A DNA stretch of 64,000 bases, taken from Lingula anatina. Taxonomy: Eukaryota; Animalia; Brachiopoda. Within the stretch, counting starts at the first letter, position 1, and each line of letters starts with the position of its first letter. The notes beneath the pieces are model-generated. The model was not told the DNA's origin. It worked only from the letters and a program-made list of their open reading frames with translations, and did not search any database. A program made the translations under genes and the position numbers. This document shows, one piece after another, positions 49,943-61,417 of the stretch. The stretch lies in NCBI GenBank assembly GCA_051362555.1, contig CM120647.1, positions 17,460,651 through 17,524,650 on the forward strand. Direction: 5' to 3'.

Positions 49943-50212
49943 AGTCACAGCTAATACACCACTGTCACAGCTAACACACTCACTGTCACACCTAACACAC
50001 TCACTATCACAGCTAACACACCACTGTCACAACTAACACACTATCACAACTAACACACTCACTGTCAAACCTAACACACTGTCACAACTAACACACTATC
50101 ACAACTAACACACTCACTGTCAAACCTAACACACTGTCACAACTAACACACTCACTGTCACAGCTAATACACTCTCTGTCACACCTAACACACCACTGTC
50201 ACACCTAACACA
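49943..50212 (+). repeat. Degenerate 17-21-bp tandem array of the TGTCACA(C/A)CTAACACA family
   Basis: About 13 units such as CACTGTCACACCTAACACACT. Confidence 0.9.
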
Positions 50213-53200
50213 CTTCCATTTGTTTCATCTAACCTTCTGCTATACTAACAGAATTAATATCTATACCTCACCACTCACTAACTGTGCAAGATGTATTATT
50301 AAGTATATAGAATGATATTATTTTAGATTTAATTTATGTTGAACAGGACTATATATTTCAGAATGATTTTTCTCCATACGTTTGAATGTTTTTAGAATTT
50401 CTTTGCTGCAAGACAATTAGGAATACTATAATAGGAATTGTTTATAAGCTGCCAGGTTTGAAATGTTTAAATATGCATTGTTTTAATTGCAATATATTCA
50501 GGATAAAGAAATCCTTTTTTCTGTCCATTAATGTGAGGTTTGCAGGATTTATATATAATTTGCAAGTGCTGTCATGAGTAATCCAATGTAAATGGGTAAA
50601 GGGCATGTGAGTACTGTTCATTTATGACTATTTATAATTAAAATGCCATGTTTGACATCTTGTCTTTGTAGAATGAAATTAATTTCTTAATTGTGAATAC
50701 TTAACAGAATTTTTGTTTGTTTGTTTGTTAATTTTAATGTTCATAGTCTTATTCAGATCCAATTTAGTACTACTGACGCCCATTGTGTCTGTTTTATTGT
50801 GCACAGAAGAGAAATTCAGCATAATTTAAACTTCACTGCATTAAAGTTGACAGTAATGAGCAAAGAACAGCAGTGTTTTTAAATAAATTTTATTAGTAAT
50901 ATAGAAAGGTACTGTAGGTAATGTTAACCCTGCCCTCATGTTTGTTATGGAAAGTTTTGTTTAGTGAATAAACGATCCCAGGACAAAATTACTGGGAGAG
51001 AACTCTGTTGATTGTTTCTGGCCTTCATTAAATTACAAATGTATCTCTCTTTTCTGTGAACTACATGTATATTAATAAACTGCAAATAACATTAAAACCA
51101 TGTGTGCTTTCAAATGTCCAAAAGTCATGATTTTATATGTCTAAATATCCTGCAAAGCTATTTCCTTTGTCCAATTCAGAAACAAAAAATTTTATATAAA
51201 ATCCCAAGTTCACAATGTTGATATTTCCATTTGAAATGCCAGGAAGATGTGACTGTTCAGTTGAATCATGTTACATACAAAAAAATGATGCACAACACGA
51301 TATCCAACTGCAAAAACAGGTCAAGCAATGATCCACACGTTTTTCTTTATTTTTTTTAGGAAACTCAGATTTGGTGCAAAATTCCCATACAGGACGTCTT
51401 CAAATATTAAACAGCCCTTTTGAAATGAAAAAGAAAAAAGCAACATCATGTAACAAGTAGTTTATTTCCAAACAAAAACCAGTGCAACAGAAAACCTCTG
51501 CTTTGTGGCAAAACACTGCCAAGTTGACATTGCAATTAACAGCAAGGCCACATGAGAATTTCACTTCTTTGACAAATTGATATTACATCCAGTGTCAATG
51601 ATTGCCACTAGTATGACAACTACATATAATTACAAGTCAAAGTATCTCGCTCATCACCTTTATATCAACTACTGTTACAGTTTTTTTCTCAGGCATGCAT
51701 TTTTATCCTTTTGAGGATCTGGAAAACTAGCTTAGCTGGTTATGATGTGATTGCGTTGGGTGTGACAGCTTCACAACTAACACAACCATCAATGTTCAGT
51801 GGTCAAGATCCTGATTGTGTTAGATGTGACAGGAAGAACAACTGATAACACCGTTTGGTATCACTACCATTGTGTTAGGTGTGACAAATTCACAACCAAC
51901 ACAATCCATCATAGTGTAACTGGTGCCTTCCAGTCACACAACCAGCCAGCCAGCTAGAAGAAGGGAAGGAAGGAAATATTATGCAGAATACTGTGCTGAG
52001 GGTTAAGGCATTTAACAGTTTCAGTAAGAGTGCAAAACCAATGGTTTCTATTTTTACATCATATTTGTGAATGAAGGCTATATTTATTATTACAGTAATT
52101 ACCTTTCTACCACATAGAGTGATTGTGTTCTTACTGGCGTGAGTTTTATGTAATATGCCAATTGTCTTCAGCCCAGGCTGATAGACATACTGTAGACATT
52201 CATAACAAAATAAAATCAAAACTTACAACAATATTGAAATGTTTTGCTGTACAAAAAAACTTATGCTCAGCCTTTTCCCCTCACCAAAGATAAAACTACA
52301 CAGATTCCCCCCAAAAAAAGTCTCCCCGGATTTGTGATATTATTTATCTTCCTTCCTTCCCTTCACATTAAATAACAAAACTATCACTACCTCTTATGAT
52401 AAGACATGAAGACAACAATTGGAACTTGAGGTCCCAAGAAAAAAATAATTAAAAGGTCAATTGTAAGCAATGGAATTATACAAGGTTTTTAAGGCAAGTA
52501 TATGTTCATTAACAACATTTAGTTTAGCACAGTGGCAGCAAATTATCTTTGTTCCCACATTTTCTGGTTATTTTGTCAAACTTTCAAGCTCTATTTATGT
52601 AAATCTTTCATCTACAAAGAGACAGAATCTGCTTATTCCACAGCATATCCCTTTCATGTAACACAACCTTATAAATGTCCTTCCATCTTTGCTGCCACCA
52701 TGCAACAACTTTTTCAAGCGTTCAATACCTCACTGAGGGTACATGAAGACCGACTTTGCAAAAAAGCTTAAAAGAAAACAATACAGAAAACACTAAATAT
52801 TGAAACGAACATCAGGGTAAAAGTTTGACCAAGCTATGTGACAAGCATGCATTTTGTCACTGTAGACTATGAAAGGTGTTCCCTCTCTGATCTTTAAAAA
52901 GAAATGGTGCAGTGGGAGATCTGTTCTCTTTACCATGCTGCTTTTTGTCTCACTTTTATTTGCCAGTTGATTTTTATCAAATTTTCCCCCCAAAAATATT
53001 TTTTTCAAATATCAAATTTAGAGCATCAATAAATACATCGCAATTTCCAAAGGGAAAAGTTATTTTCTGACACTAAAAGAAGCATGCTATTATGAATTCA
53101 GTACATCCTCTTCAATATATATATATACACAATAAAATATTTTGGCCAGAAAAATATAAAACAACAACCCAGATGACTTCACCCATCCTAACGCAATTTA

Positions 53201-54817
53201 AGCCAGCTGTAAACTTCTTTTCATATCACATTCAAGCCTGATCAAACTTCCACCAAATCCAAGCTCTTAAAGCCATTTCTCAACTAATCAACAATAGTAT
53301 AATTACATGCATGGATTAATATGGCAATTACATGTTTAAATGTACTTGAAGTCAGGTACAACATTACATTTCCTAGTCCAAACCATTTTAAAATGTCCAC
53401 ATGATATTGTCTTCTTTTTATCCAGCAAAACCCCCTGACAATGCCGACTCAGATTAACAAAACAGTCCCTCATTCCCTATATATATATTGTGAAGTGTTA
53501 TCCACTGTGGTTCTGGAAAGGGTCCAAGCCAGAAACTAAACAACAGAACAGTCAGCAACATAAACACCAGTCACTTTGGATACAGGTCTCTGTGTTGTAT
53601 GGTCAATTAGTTCAGTTCGCTGTTTCTGTCTGCTTTGGGCCAGTAGATTTTTAGACCCTGGTGCCTCAAACGGAGAACAGAGTAAAATAATTAAGACACA
53701 GGCTGACAAAACATGGGATATTTCTAGTATGGTTGGACTAGCAAAAGTTATAATAAGACATTAACAGTAAACAATTTTATGGAAAGTGTTGTCCAGGCAT
53801 TTATCTATACAAATGTGTATAGCAAGTAGTGAATTCTATCAACTGCTTAAACTGGAAGTAGTAAGTCAAGTTACAGAGGGGAAAAAAGCCTCATTATGAT
53901 TCTGCTCATATATTCGAAGACTTCACCCTCACTCTGTTGTAGGGACATTTGATTTTATGCCTGTGATTACAGAATTCACACTTGCTATACTGTTCCTAGA
54001 ACAGGTATTCCAGGTAAAAAGACAAAGCAAAAAGTACATTTCAAGATGGTGTCTCCATGTGTTCAAACAGTGTTCATACAGGGATCTCATACACAACCAA
54101 GTCATTGGGAAAATTTTCAAATTGCCTCCTGGCAACAATGACTGAAATCTGACTTCAGTGAAAGACATATTACAAACCCAGCATGCAAAGGTGGTTTTTA
54201 AAAGGAAAATCTTCAATATATGTGCCTCATTGCAAACTAGAAATACTCAGCTTACAGGAGAAAGTTCACTGATTCCTGACCCAAGGACAAGCTGGTATCA
54301 ATATTACAGCCAGGCCCTTATCACACTGCTTGAAGACGGAGACCACTCACCTTTTAACCAACACATCAGGTACTTGTACCTAATTTCTAGTAACAATAAT
54401 ATGCATATTAATAGCTTCAAGTCCACACAAAGAATCAAGATATTTGAACAATGTCTGAGGCAGTTGATGCATCTTCAGCTCACACTTTCCTAAAGCAGTG
54501 TTGTCACCATAACAACACTACATGGTTGCTAAGGTGAAAGGTCACTTTTGACCAATCCCAACAAACAGCACAGTCATGATGGAAACTAATCCCACAGTTG
54601 CCATGACAACTACTTTTGGTTGACACAGCAACAGGTGCCAGTTACCATGTTTAAGTTCAAGCCACTAACCCTCCACCATTCCTCTCTTCAGCTTCTAGGC
54701 AAACTGCTTCAAGAATGTATTGTTAGATGCATAATAATTATTCCAACTGCCATTCTAGTCTTTTTCATGTTGTCTTCATATGTGATCATGTGACTCTTCA
54801 TCTTGACCAATGAGAGC

Positions 54818-54905
54818 CTACTGTTTGTCCTGCTTGATGGCTGAAGCGGGCAGCAGCCCCGGAAGCTTCTGGTCACCAAGTGAAGGTTCTTTTTTAACGT
54901 GGGGC
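54818..54905 (-). CDS. stau: Staufen last coding exon (GPHVKKEPSLGDQKLPGLLPASAIKQDKQ*)
   Basis: ccttccag acceptor matches the phase-2 donor at 59965. Open to TAG and followed by a long tract that is U-rich on the minus strand (3'UTR-like). Confidence 0.78.
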
Positions 54906-55044
54906 CTGGAAGGCAGAAGCAGGAAATCTATTTCCTGGTATTGTGACATTCAAACAGCGAATAGTTTTAATGTGAATATATAGCAATGAAATCGTGTTTG
55001 TATATAATACAATTTCATTTAGTCCACAAATATGTAAGGTTTGA

Positions 55045-55077
<33 letters not shown>

Positions 55078-55700
55078 ATGTTAGTTTTTCTGCTCTATGA
55101 GGTTTAAAAGAAAGATAACTTTAGGATAATCACTGTATTTATAGTAGGGGGGGTCCTTAGATAACCTTTTTCCCCAAAACAGTGCCAAAACCACCTAAAA
55201 AGATGCTTATACATCTTAAAAACAAACTGCAAAAAACCAAATTAGTCTATCTCTATTATCAGAGCTGCTACTTGGGTTTTAGTATTTTGGAGAAAAATCA
55301 CCAAAAATACTTAAACTCTGTATTTTGTAAGATATGATGGTTTTTCATATCAATGATTATGCTTGCATTTTAACACAAATTTCATTGTGACTAACAATTC
55401 TGACAGACTAAATGCATATGAAAACTAAACTGAATGTTCTAACACCTAGATAATGATTCATAATAAGTTCAAAAAGACAGGAATTCAATAAGAATTCAAT
55501 TCACTAAGAATTCAATGCTTTTTGGAAGCTTAAGTCAGTTAGCGTTATGGTGGATCTTTCTTTCTTTTTTCCCAACAACTTTTTCAGGTTCATTCTAAAC
55601 TGTTCTAGAGTTAACATCCTTCTCTTCCCTCCATTAATATTGAATATCCTGAAGACAGGACTACATTTTGGCAGTGATAGGGATGTGTCTCTAGCGTATG

Positions 55701-56312
55701 TGACTCCCCACCCCCCATGAAATTTTGACTCCCCCTACAGAACTTTATAAATCTTATTTTATTTGAGTATATGACTTTTATCTTGTAGTATGCATGATAG
55801 AGGATGCATTGGCACAGGTAAATGTTTTCATGAGAATAGAAGAAAATTAAAATGTGTATTCTACCAAACAATGAATCCCCTATGGAAAAGCTGTTCATTT
55901 GATATTTGGTGATCATTTCAATTTTGACCTATTTTTTACCACCAAACTTTCAAATACTAACAAAATATACGTCACAATGCAAACTATGTGGAAAATAATG
56001 GTATGGTAACTAAATATAAAATGGGGTTTTGTCTTCATGAGAGTCCAAATACCATGGATATGAAAATGGAGATTTTTCAAGATGTTTTTTTCATTTTTTT
56101 CACCCAATATTTTACAATTAAACTTTCTAATATTTCTAATATGTTCTTAATGAAGTATACTTAATGGAAAGGTATTGAAATGATCATCAAATATCAAATA
56201 AATAGCTTTTTCATAGGGGAGTCTTTGGGTTGTAGAAGTCATATACTCAAAAAAATAAAATAAGATTTATAAAGGTTTGTAGGGGGGAGTCAAAATTTCA
56301 TGGGGGGAGTCA
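55701..56312. mobile_element. Foldback/MITE-like element with long imperfect inverted arms
   Basis: 55701-55782 plus 55861-55921 are reverse-complementary to 56175-56312 (e.g. CCCCCCATGAAATTTTGACTCCCCCTACA vs TGTAGGGGGGAGTCAAAATTTCATGGGGGG). Confidence 0.75.
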
Positions 56313-56399
56313 GATTTTCATTATGAAATTTTGACTGGGGGGGGGGAGGGGGGGGTCAGATTTTCATGTTACATCAGTATTCAGTAGAAACAGTTTTCC

Positions 56400-56658
56400 T
56401 TAATTTGCTAGTTTCTTTTAGCACAGTGCCTCAAGCCACAGCCTCTAGTTTTGGTTTCTTCCTAAATCTTTGATCAGTGTCACCACACTGCCGTTCTATT
56501 TGAAGGTTGTGGACAGGGGTCTCATCCATGTTTTCACACTGATCAAACACAGAATATTCAACTGGATATTCACCAAATCGATAGTATTCTCTGCGTTGCA
56601 TAGCCAGAACCTTTGCCATTTCTGGTAATATCTTCTTTGTCAAAGCTATGCACAGATC
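56400..56658 (-). pseudogene. Transposase remnant, 3' part (DLCIALTKKILPEMAKVLAMQRR...PVHNLQIERQCG)
   Basis: In frame with 59013-59330 once the LINE is removed. The P-x-x-N-x-x-x-ER motif resembles the hAT catalytic-Glu region. Internal stops are present. Confidence 0.6.
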
Positions 56659-59012
56659 ACGGACCCATGTATATTAGCAGACTACTACAACACATCTATA
56701 TCTAATGTCATGGATGAGGTTGCACCAGTTCTAACTAAAATAAAAATAGAGAAAACGTGGGCTGAGTGGTTTACACCGGAGCTGTGTGAAGAAAGGAAAC
56801 ATGTCAGGAAACTGGAAAGGAAATGGTGTCACTCTCACTTAGAAATTCATCGGCAATTGTTCATATCTGCGCGATCTCACTATCACTCTCTTCTTGTGGC
56901 ACACAAGAAAGAATATCACCGCTCCCGTATTGAATCTGCTGATCAGAAAACACTTTTCAAGATCGTGGACCAAATATCAGAATCAAAATCATCTCAACTG
57001 AATGTCCTCCCAGACATGGAAATCTCAGAGCTCCCTCAACTTTTTTCAAATTACTTTACAGATAAGATCAAGAGCATTCGAAATGATCTCGTTTCTTATT
57101 CTTCTGTAGAAATCTCAGAAACCCCAGTTACCTGTACTCATGCAGTATTGACTGAATTTTCACCTGTATCAGAAGAAGATGTTTTAGCATTAATGAAAAG
57201 CATGAATTCTAAATCTTCTGCCTTAGATCCTGTGCCAACACATATTATCAAAGAGTGCATTACTGTTCTGGCCCCAGTTATTTTAAAGATAGTGAATCTT
57301 TCTTTTACAACAGGCATCTTCCCATCCAACTGCAAAGCAGCAATTGTTAGACCCTTGTTAAAAAAACAAGGCCTGTGCAAACAAGTGTTTAAAAATTATC
57401 GACCAACATCAAACTTGCCCTTCTTAGGGAAGTTTCTTGAGAAAATGGCATGTATACAACTGAATAACTATCTAGCTCAAAACAGTCTATATGGCAAGTT
57501 TCAATCAGCTTATAGAGAAGGACATAGCACAGAAACAGCTCTCCTAAGGGTTCATAATGACATCATGCTTTCTTTAGACAAACAAAAAGATGTTATTTTA
57601 GTCCTTTTAGATCTGTCTGCTGCATTCGACACCATTGACCACAACATACTTCTGCACAGACTACAGTACCGATTTGGAGTAAAAGATTTAGCACTTAATT
57701 GGTTAACCTCATATCTAAAAGATCGAACACAAAAGGTGTCAATTGAGTCGTTGCTATCAGAGCCCACTATTTTAGAGTATGGTGTCCCTCAGGGGTCTGT
57801 GCTAGGTCCATTGCTCTTTTCATTGTATATGCTACCAGTAGAAGACATTATAGTTAAACATGGTCTCAACACTGTCATTTTTGCTGATGACACTCAAATT
57901 TATGTCACAAGTGAAAGTAATCGCTCCATGGCTATCACCTCAATAGAAACTTGTCTAGTTGAGATCCGAAATTGGATGAAAACAAACATGCTAGCACTAA
58001 ATGATGGAAAAACTGAACTAATATGGTTTACATCAAGGTCTAAGTCAGACAGGGGAAATGCAATGAAATCTGATATTTGTATCGGTGGTGTCAACATCAA
58101 TCCATCTAGCTATGTGAAAGATTTAGGTGTCACCTTTGATCAGTATGCAACTATGGATAGACGGATCTCTGAAATTTGCAAATCGGCATCATACTCACTT
58201 TGGCGAATTAGTAAGATACGTGACTTACTGGACAAAACTTCAACTGAAAAACTAGTCCATGCTTGCATTACTTCTAAGCTTGATTATTGCAACAGTCTCT
58301 TATATGGTTTAGGCAAAAATCATCTGAACAAACTTCAATTAATTCAAAATTCTGCAGCTAGGCTGGTAACTAAAATGGGATGGAATAACCGAGAGCATAT
58401 AACACCTGTTTTGATGGAACTTCACTGGCTTCCAGTAAGAGAGAGAATTTTATTAAAAATTTTATGTGTCATTTTTAAAGCAGTCACTGAGAATAAACCA
58501 CTTTATATCTCAGAACTTATGAAGCAACATCAGCATGGAAGAGTTACCAGGTCTTCAACTTTTAGTCATTTACTTTTAGAACACAGTGTCTTAGAGAAAA
58601 AAGCTGGTAAATTTTACGGTGAAAGGGCATTTATGATATATGCACCCAAAGTTTGGAACACTTTACCCTCTGAAATACGAGCAGCAGGTGACATAGATAC
58701 TTTTAAAAAGCTTTTGAAAACTCATATTTTTAGAATAGCCTATCAGTAGCTATCATATAGTTAATTTTAGTTTTTAATAAGGTGTACTGTAATTTTATGA
58801 TTAATTTTAAATGTTGTCACTTTAGGTTCTTATTATTTTAGAATATGAATAATTGGTTCTTTAAATTAGTTCTTAGTCCTTTAAAATTGTAATGTGTTCT
58901 TATATTAGCATTGTGTTATTTAGCTCTTTTAAGTGAATGTTGTAAGGCGCATTGAGATTTTTAATGGAATGCGCCATAGAAAAATAAATTATTATTATTA
59001 TTATTATTATTT
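56659..59012 (+). mobile_element. 5'-truncated L2/CR1-group non-LTR retrotransposon (LINE) in the last staufen intron, antisense to the host gene
   Basis: RT ORF 56710-58749, a 3' stem-loop GGCGCATT/AATGCGCC (58946-58975), then AATAAA and an (ATT)n tail. No endonuclease domain. Confidence 0.93.
56710..58749 (+). CDS. LINE ORF2 fragment: reverse transcriptase plus L2-type C-terminal domain
   Basis: Motifs NYRPTSNLPFLGK, QSAYREGHSTETAL, LDLSAAFDTIDH, GVPQGSVLGPLLF, FADDTQIY, SKLDYCNSLL and HITPVLMELHWLPV. 679 aa uninterrupted. Confidence 0.93.
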   Translation: MDEVAPVLTKIKIEKTWAEWFTPELCEERKHVRKLERKWCHSHLEIHRQLFISARSHYHSLLVAHKKEYHRSRIESADQKTLFKIVDQISESKSSQLNVLPDMEISELPQLFSNYFTDKIKSIRNDLVSYSSVEISETPVTCTHAVLTEFSPVSEEDVLALMKSMNSKSSALDPVPTHIIKECITVLAPVILKIVNLSFTTGIFPSNCKAAIVRPLLKKQGLCKQVFKNYRPTSNLPFLGKFLEKMACIQLNNYLAQNSLYGKFQSAYREGHSTETALLRVHNDIMLSLDKQKDVILVLLDLSAAFDTIDHNILLHRLQYRFGVKDLALNWLTSYLKDRTQKVSIESLLSEPTILEYGVPQGSVLGPLLFSLYMLPVEDIIVKHGLNTVIFADDTQIYVTSESNRSMAITSIETCLVEIRNWMKTNMLALNDGKTELIWFTSRSKSDRGNAMKSDICIGGVNINPSSYVKDLGVTFDQYATMDRRISEICKSASYSLWRISKIRDLLDKTSTEKLVHACITSKLDYCNSLLYGLGKNHLNKLQLIQNSAARLVTKMGWNNREHITPVLMELHWLPVRERILLKILCVIFKAVTENKPLYISELMKQHQHGRVTRSSTFSHLLLEHSVLEKKAGKFYGERAFMIYAPKVWNTLPSEIRAAGDIDTFKKLLKTHIFRIAYQ

Positions 59013-59330
59013 ATTCAGATATGCACCAGCACATCGTTTCACACTCTCAACTACATATAGGCCATAGTTATCTTTCACTTTCTAGAATAATCCTTGGTTG
59101 AAACAGGAAAACTCAGGAGCATCTAGCTGAAAGAAATTCTCATGTACCTCATTTCTACTAAGCTCTAGATGTAATGATTGAAACTTTACTTTCAATTTGC
59201 TGTGTGTTGCACCCCTAGATATTGTTATGGCATGAAACTTGAATGCTACAACAGCAGCAACTATTCTCATATATTCCAATGCCAGAGCATCTCTTACAAG
59301 ACAAGCTAGATGCCATCATTGTCTAGCTAG
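59013..59330 (-). pseudogene. Transposase remnant, 5' part (HLACLVRDALALEYMRIVAAV...KRCAGAYLN)
   Basis: One internal TAG at 59082-59084. Joins the 56658 segment with no gain or loss of bases. Confidence 0.55.
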
Positions 59331-59964
59331 TTTTTCAGTAATACAGTATAGATACCCTAAAAAGATAATGAAATCATGAGAAATCTAAAAATGAAAAATG
59401 TCATCAAAACTATGAATAATGAATTACCATATTGATGTTATTGATATAAGGTGTCAATGCCGCCATGATTTGAGTATTTAGCTACCTTTCAAATAAACTT
59501 TTTACACAAATTTCTTAAAAACCAAATAAAAAATCCATCTATTTGGCTTTGGTGAGTTTGAAATAACTTGTCAGGCCCATATAACTTTCATTCATGTTGT
59601 AGGAAGACAGTCCCGAAACAGTAGAAAATCTTGAAAATCGCGCTAAAATGCTAAAAATCGCGTAATCATAAAATGCAAGTAGCAGCTGAGTTATCAATGA
59701 TCTTTCAAAAAGAACATTTGAAATATTGTTTTTAGGTGTGTGAGGAACTTTTTAGCTGGTTTTGACATATTTTTGGAATTATGGACCCCCCCTATTTATA
59801 GCAACAGAACACTTCATTATCACAATTTTTAACAAAATTTTTCACTGGTCAATCTGATTTACATAAGAAACTGAGTCATTAAAATAAAAATAATAAATGG
59901 CCATATGATTCACACCACCCCAATGATATGATAAACCTCTATCACACCAGTTAAAACGACCTAC

Positions 59965-60164
59965 CCATCTCCCCCAGCGAGGGCATCAGCTTTTGCACTA
60001 GCGCCATCTACAGCCTTGTCACCACCCATCTCCGCCATTGCTTTAAGTGCAGTCAAAGATGCTGCATTATGGGAAGCCTGTATGGTCGCTCCAGCTCCCT
60101 GACTTACTTGTGGCGGGTTCAAGGATACTGTAACCAAGGAGAGATATTCCGTCTTGTGGGGTCC
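59965..60164 (-). CDS. stau: Staufen exon, dsRBD5
   Basis: GPHKTEYLSLVTVSLNPPQVSQGAGATIQASHNAASLTALKAMAE..., with ttttcag acceptor and GG/gtaggt donor. Confidence 0.9.
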
Positions 60165-60184
60165 CTGAAAACAGGTAAAGTATA

Positions 60185-60679
60185 TTAGGTGTGATAGTGT
60201 ACTGGATATAACATTGTGTTAGGTGTGACAGTGTACTGGATATAACATTGTGTTAGGTGTGACAGTGTACTGGATATAACATTGTGTTAGGCGTGACAGT
60301 GTACTGGATATAACATTGTGTTAGGCGTGACAGTGTACTGGATATAACATTGTGTTAGGCGTGACAGTGTACTGGAAATAACATTGTGTTAGGCGTGACA
60401 GTGTACTGGATATAACATTGTGTTAGGCGTGACAGTGTGCTGCATATAACATTGTGTTAGGCGTGACAGTGTGCTGGATATAACATTGTGTTAGGCGTGA
60501 CAGTGTACTGGATATAACATTGTGTTAGGCGTGACAGTGTACTGGATATAACATTGTGTTAGGCGTGACAGTGTGCTGCATATAACATTGTGTTAGGCGT
60601 GACAGTGTACTGGATATAACATTGTGTTAGGTGTGACAGTGTGCTGCATATAACATTGTGTTAGGTGTGGCAGTGTACT
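60185..60679 (-). repeat. 34-bp minisatellite, about 14.5 copies, same TGTCACACCTAACACA family
   Basis: Plus-strand unit TTAGGCGTGACAGTGTACTGGATATAACATTGTG, period 34 from 60185 to 60661. Confidence 0.95.
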
Positions 60680-60903
60680 AGTGAACTTTAAGTATGAAAG
60701 TATGCTACTGGTGATGTTCTGAGTGTCACAACTTCTAAGAATTCCCTACCAGAATCTTTTTATAACAACCACAAATAAATCCTAGAGGAAGAAAAAATTA
60801 GGATAATAATACCTCAAATGTGAGCAAACAGCCCATGGGCCTTATCAATTTCCTTCATGCTATAATAATAACACAGCAATTAGCTGCTTACAAGAGGACT
60901 TAC

Positions 60904-61043
60904 TTTGGGAAAATCCGTAAACCTGACTTCTAAGCACAGCACCTCTGCCAGGTAGCAGAGTTGATCTTTGGGCTGGACAGTGGGTCTACTAGTCAGTGGT
61001 CTCTGCCCAGTACGCAGAATGGCTTCTGCAGTCTTAGAACTGC
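60904..61043 (-). CDS. stau: Staufen exon, SSM end and dsRBD5 start
   Basis: GSSKTAEAIL...QPKDQLCYLAEVLCLEVRFTDFPK, donor gtaagt. Confidence 0.9.
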
Positions 61044-61324
61044 CTGTTATAAACAAGACACGTTATGAGGATAAGGATATGTAGTCGGGAAATAATTTAG
61101 TGAGAAAGATGATAGATTACTGTCTTGACTATAACATTTCAAACCATAAGTCTAAAAATCTACTGGCCCAAGGAAAAAACATTGGCCAGTAACCAAACAA
61201 ATTTATTGACCACACTACTGGGTAAATCAGAACATACAATACTAAACAAAACTTTGATTCCACACTACTGGATGATCCAGAACATATAATATTAAGTATT
61301 ATCAAACAGGCTAGGTTATATTAC

Positions 61325-61417
61325 CTTTATCCAGCAGTTCCTGGGCAATGGCGGCTATAGTCTGAGGGGTAAACCTGGACTCTGGTACCACTCCTGGCTG
61401 AGAGGGGGGTGTGACAC
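61325..61417 (-). CDS. stau: Staufen exon, start of the Staufen-swapping motif
   Basis: GVTPPSQPG...PQTIAAIAQELLDK, 93 nt, phase 1-1. Confidence 0.88.

Larger units (their letters stand above)
55145..59794 (-). mobile_element. Decayed DNA transposon (hAT-like) hosting the LINE and a foldback element
   Basis: 12-bp perfect TIR TAGGGGGGGTCC / GGACCCCCCCTA flanked by a TTTATAG direct repeat. Minus-strand transposase-like remnants at about 59013-59330 and 56400-56658. Confidence 0.72.

Noticed and set aside
60185-60679. CRISPR-like appearance of the 34-bp array
   Set aside because: Pure tandem repeat without spacers, inside a spliceosomal intron.
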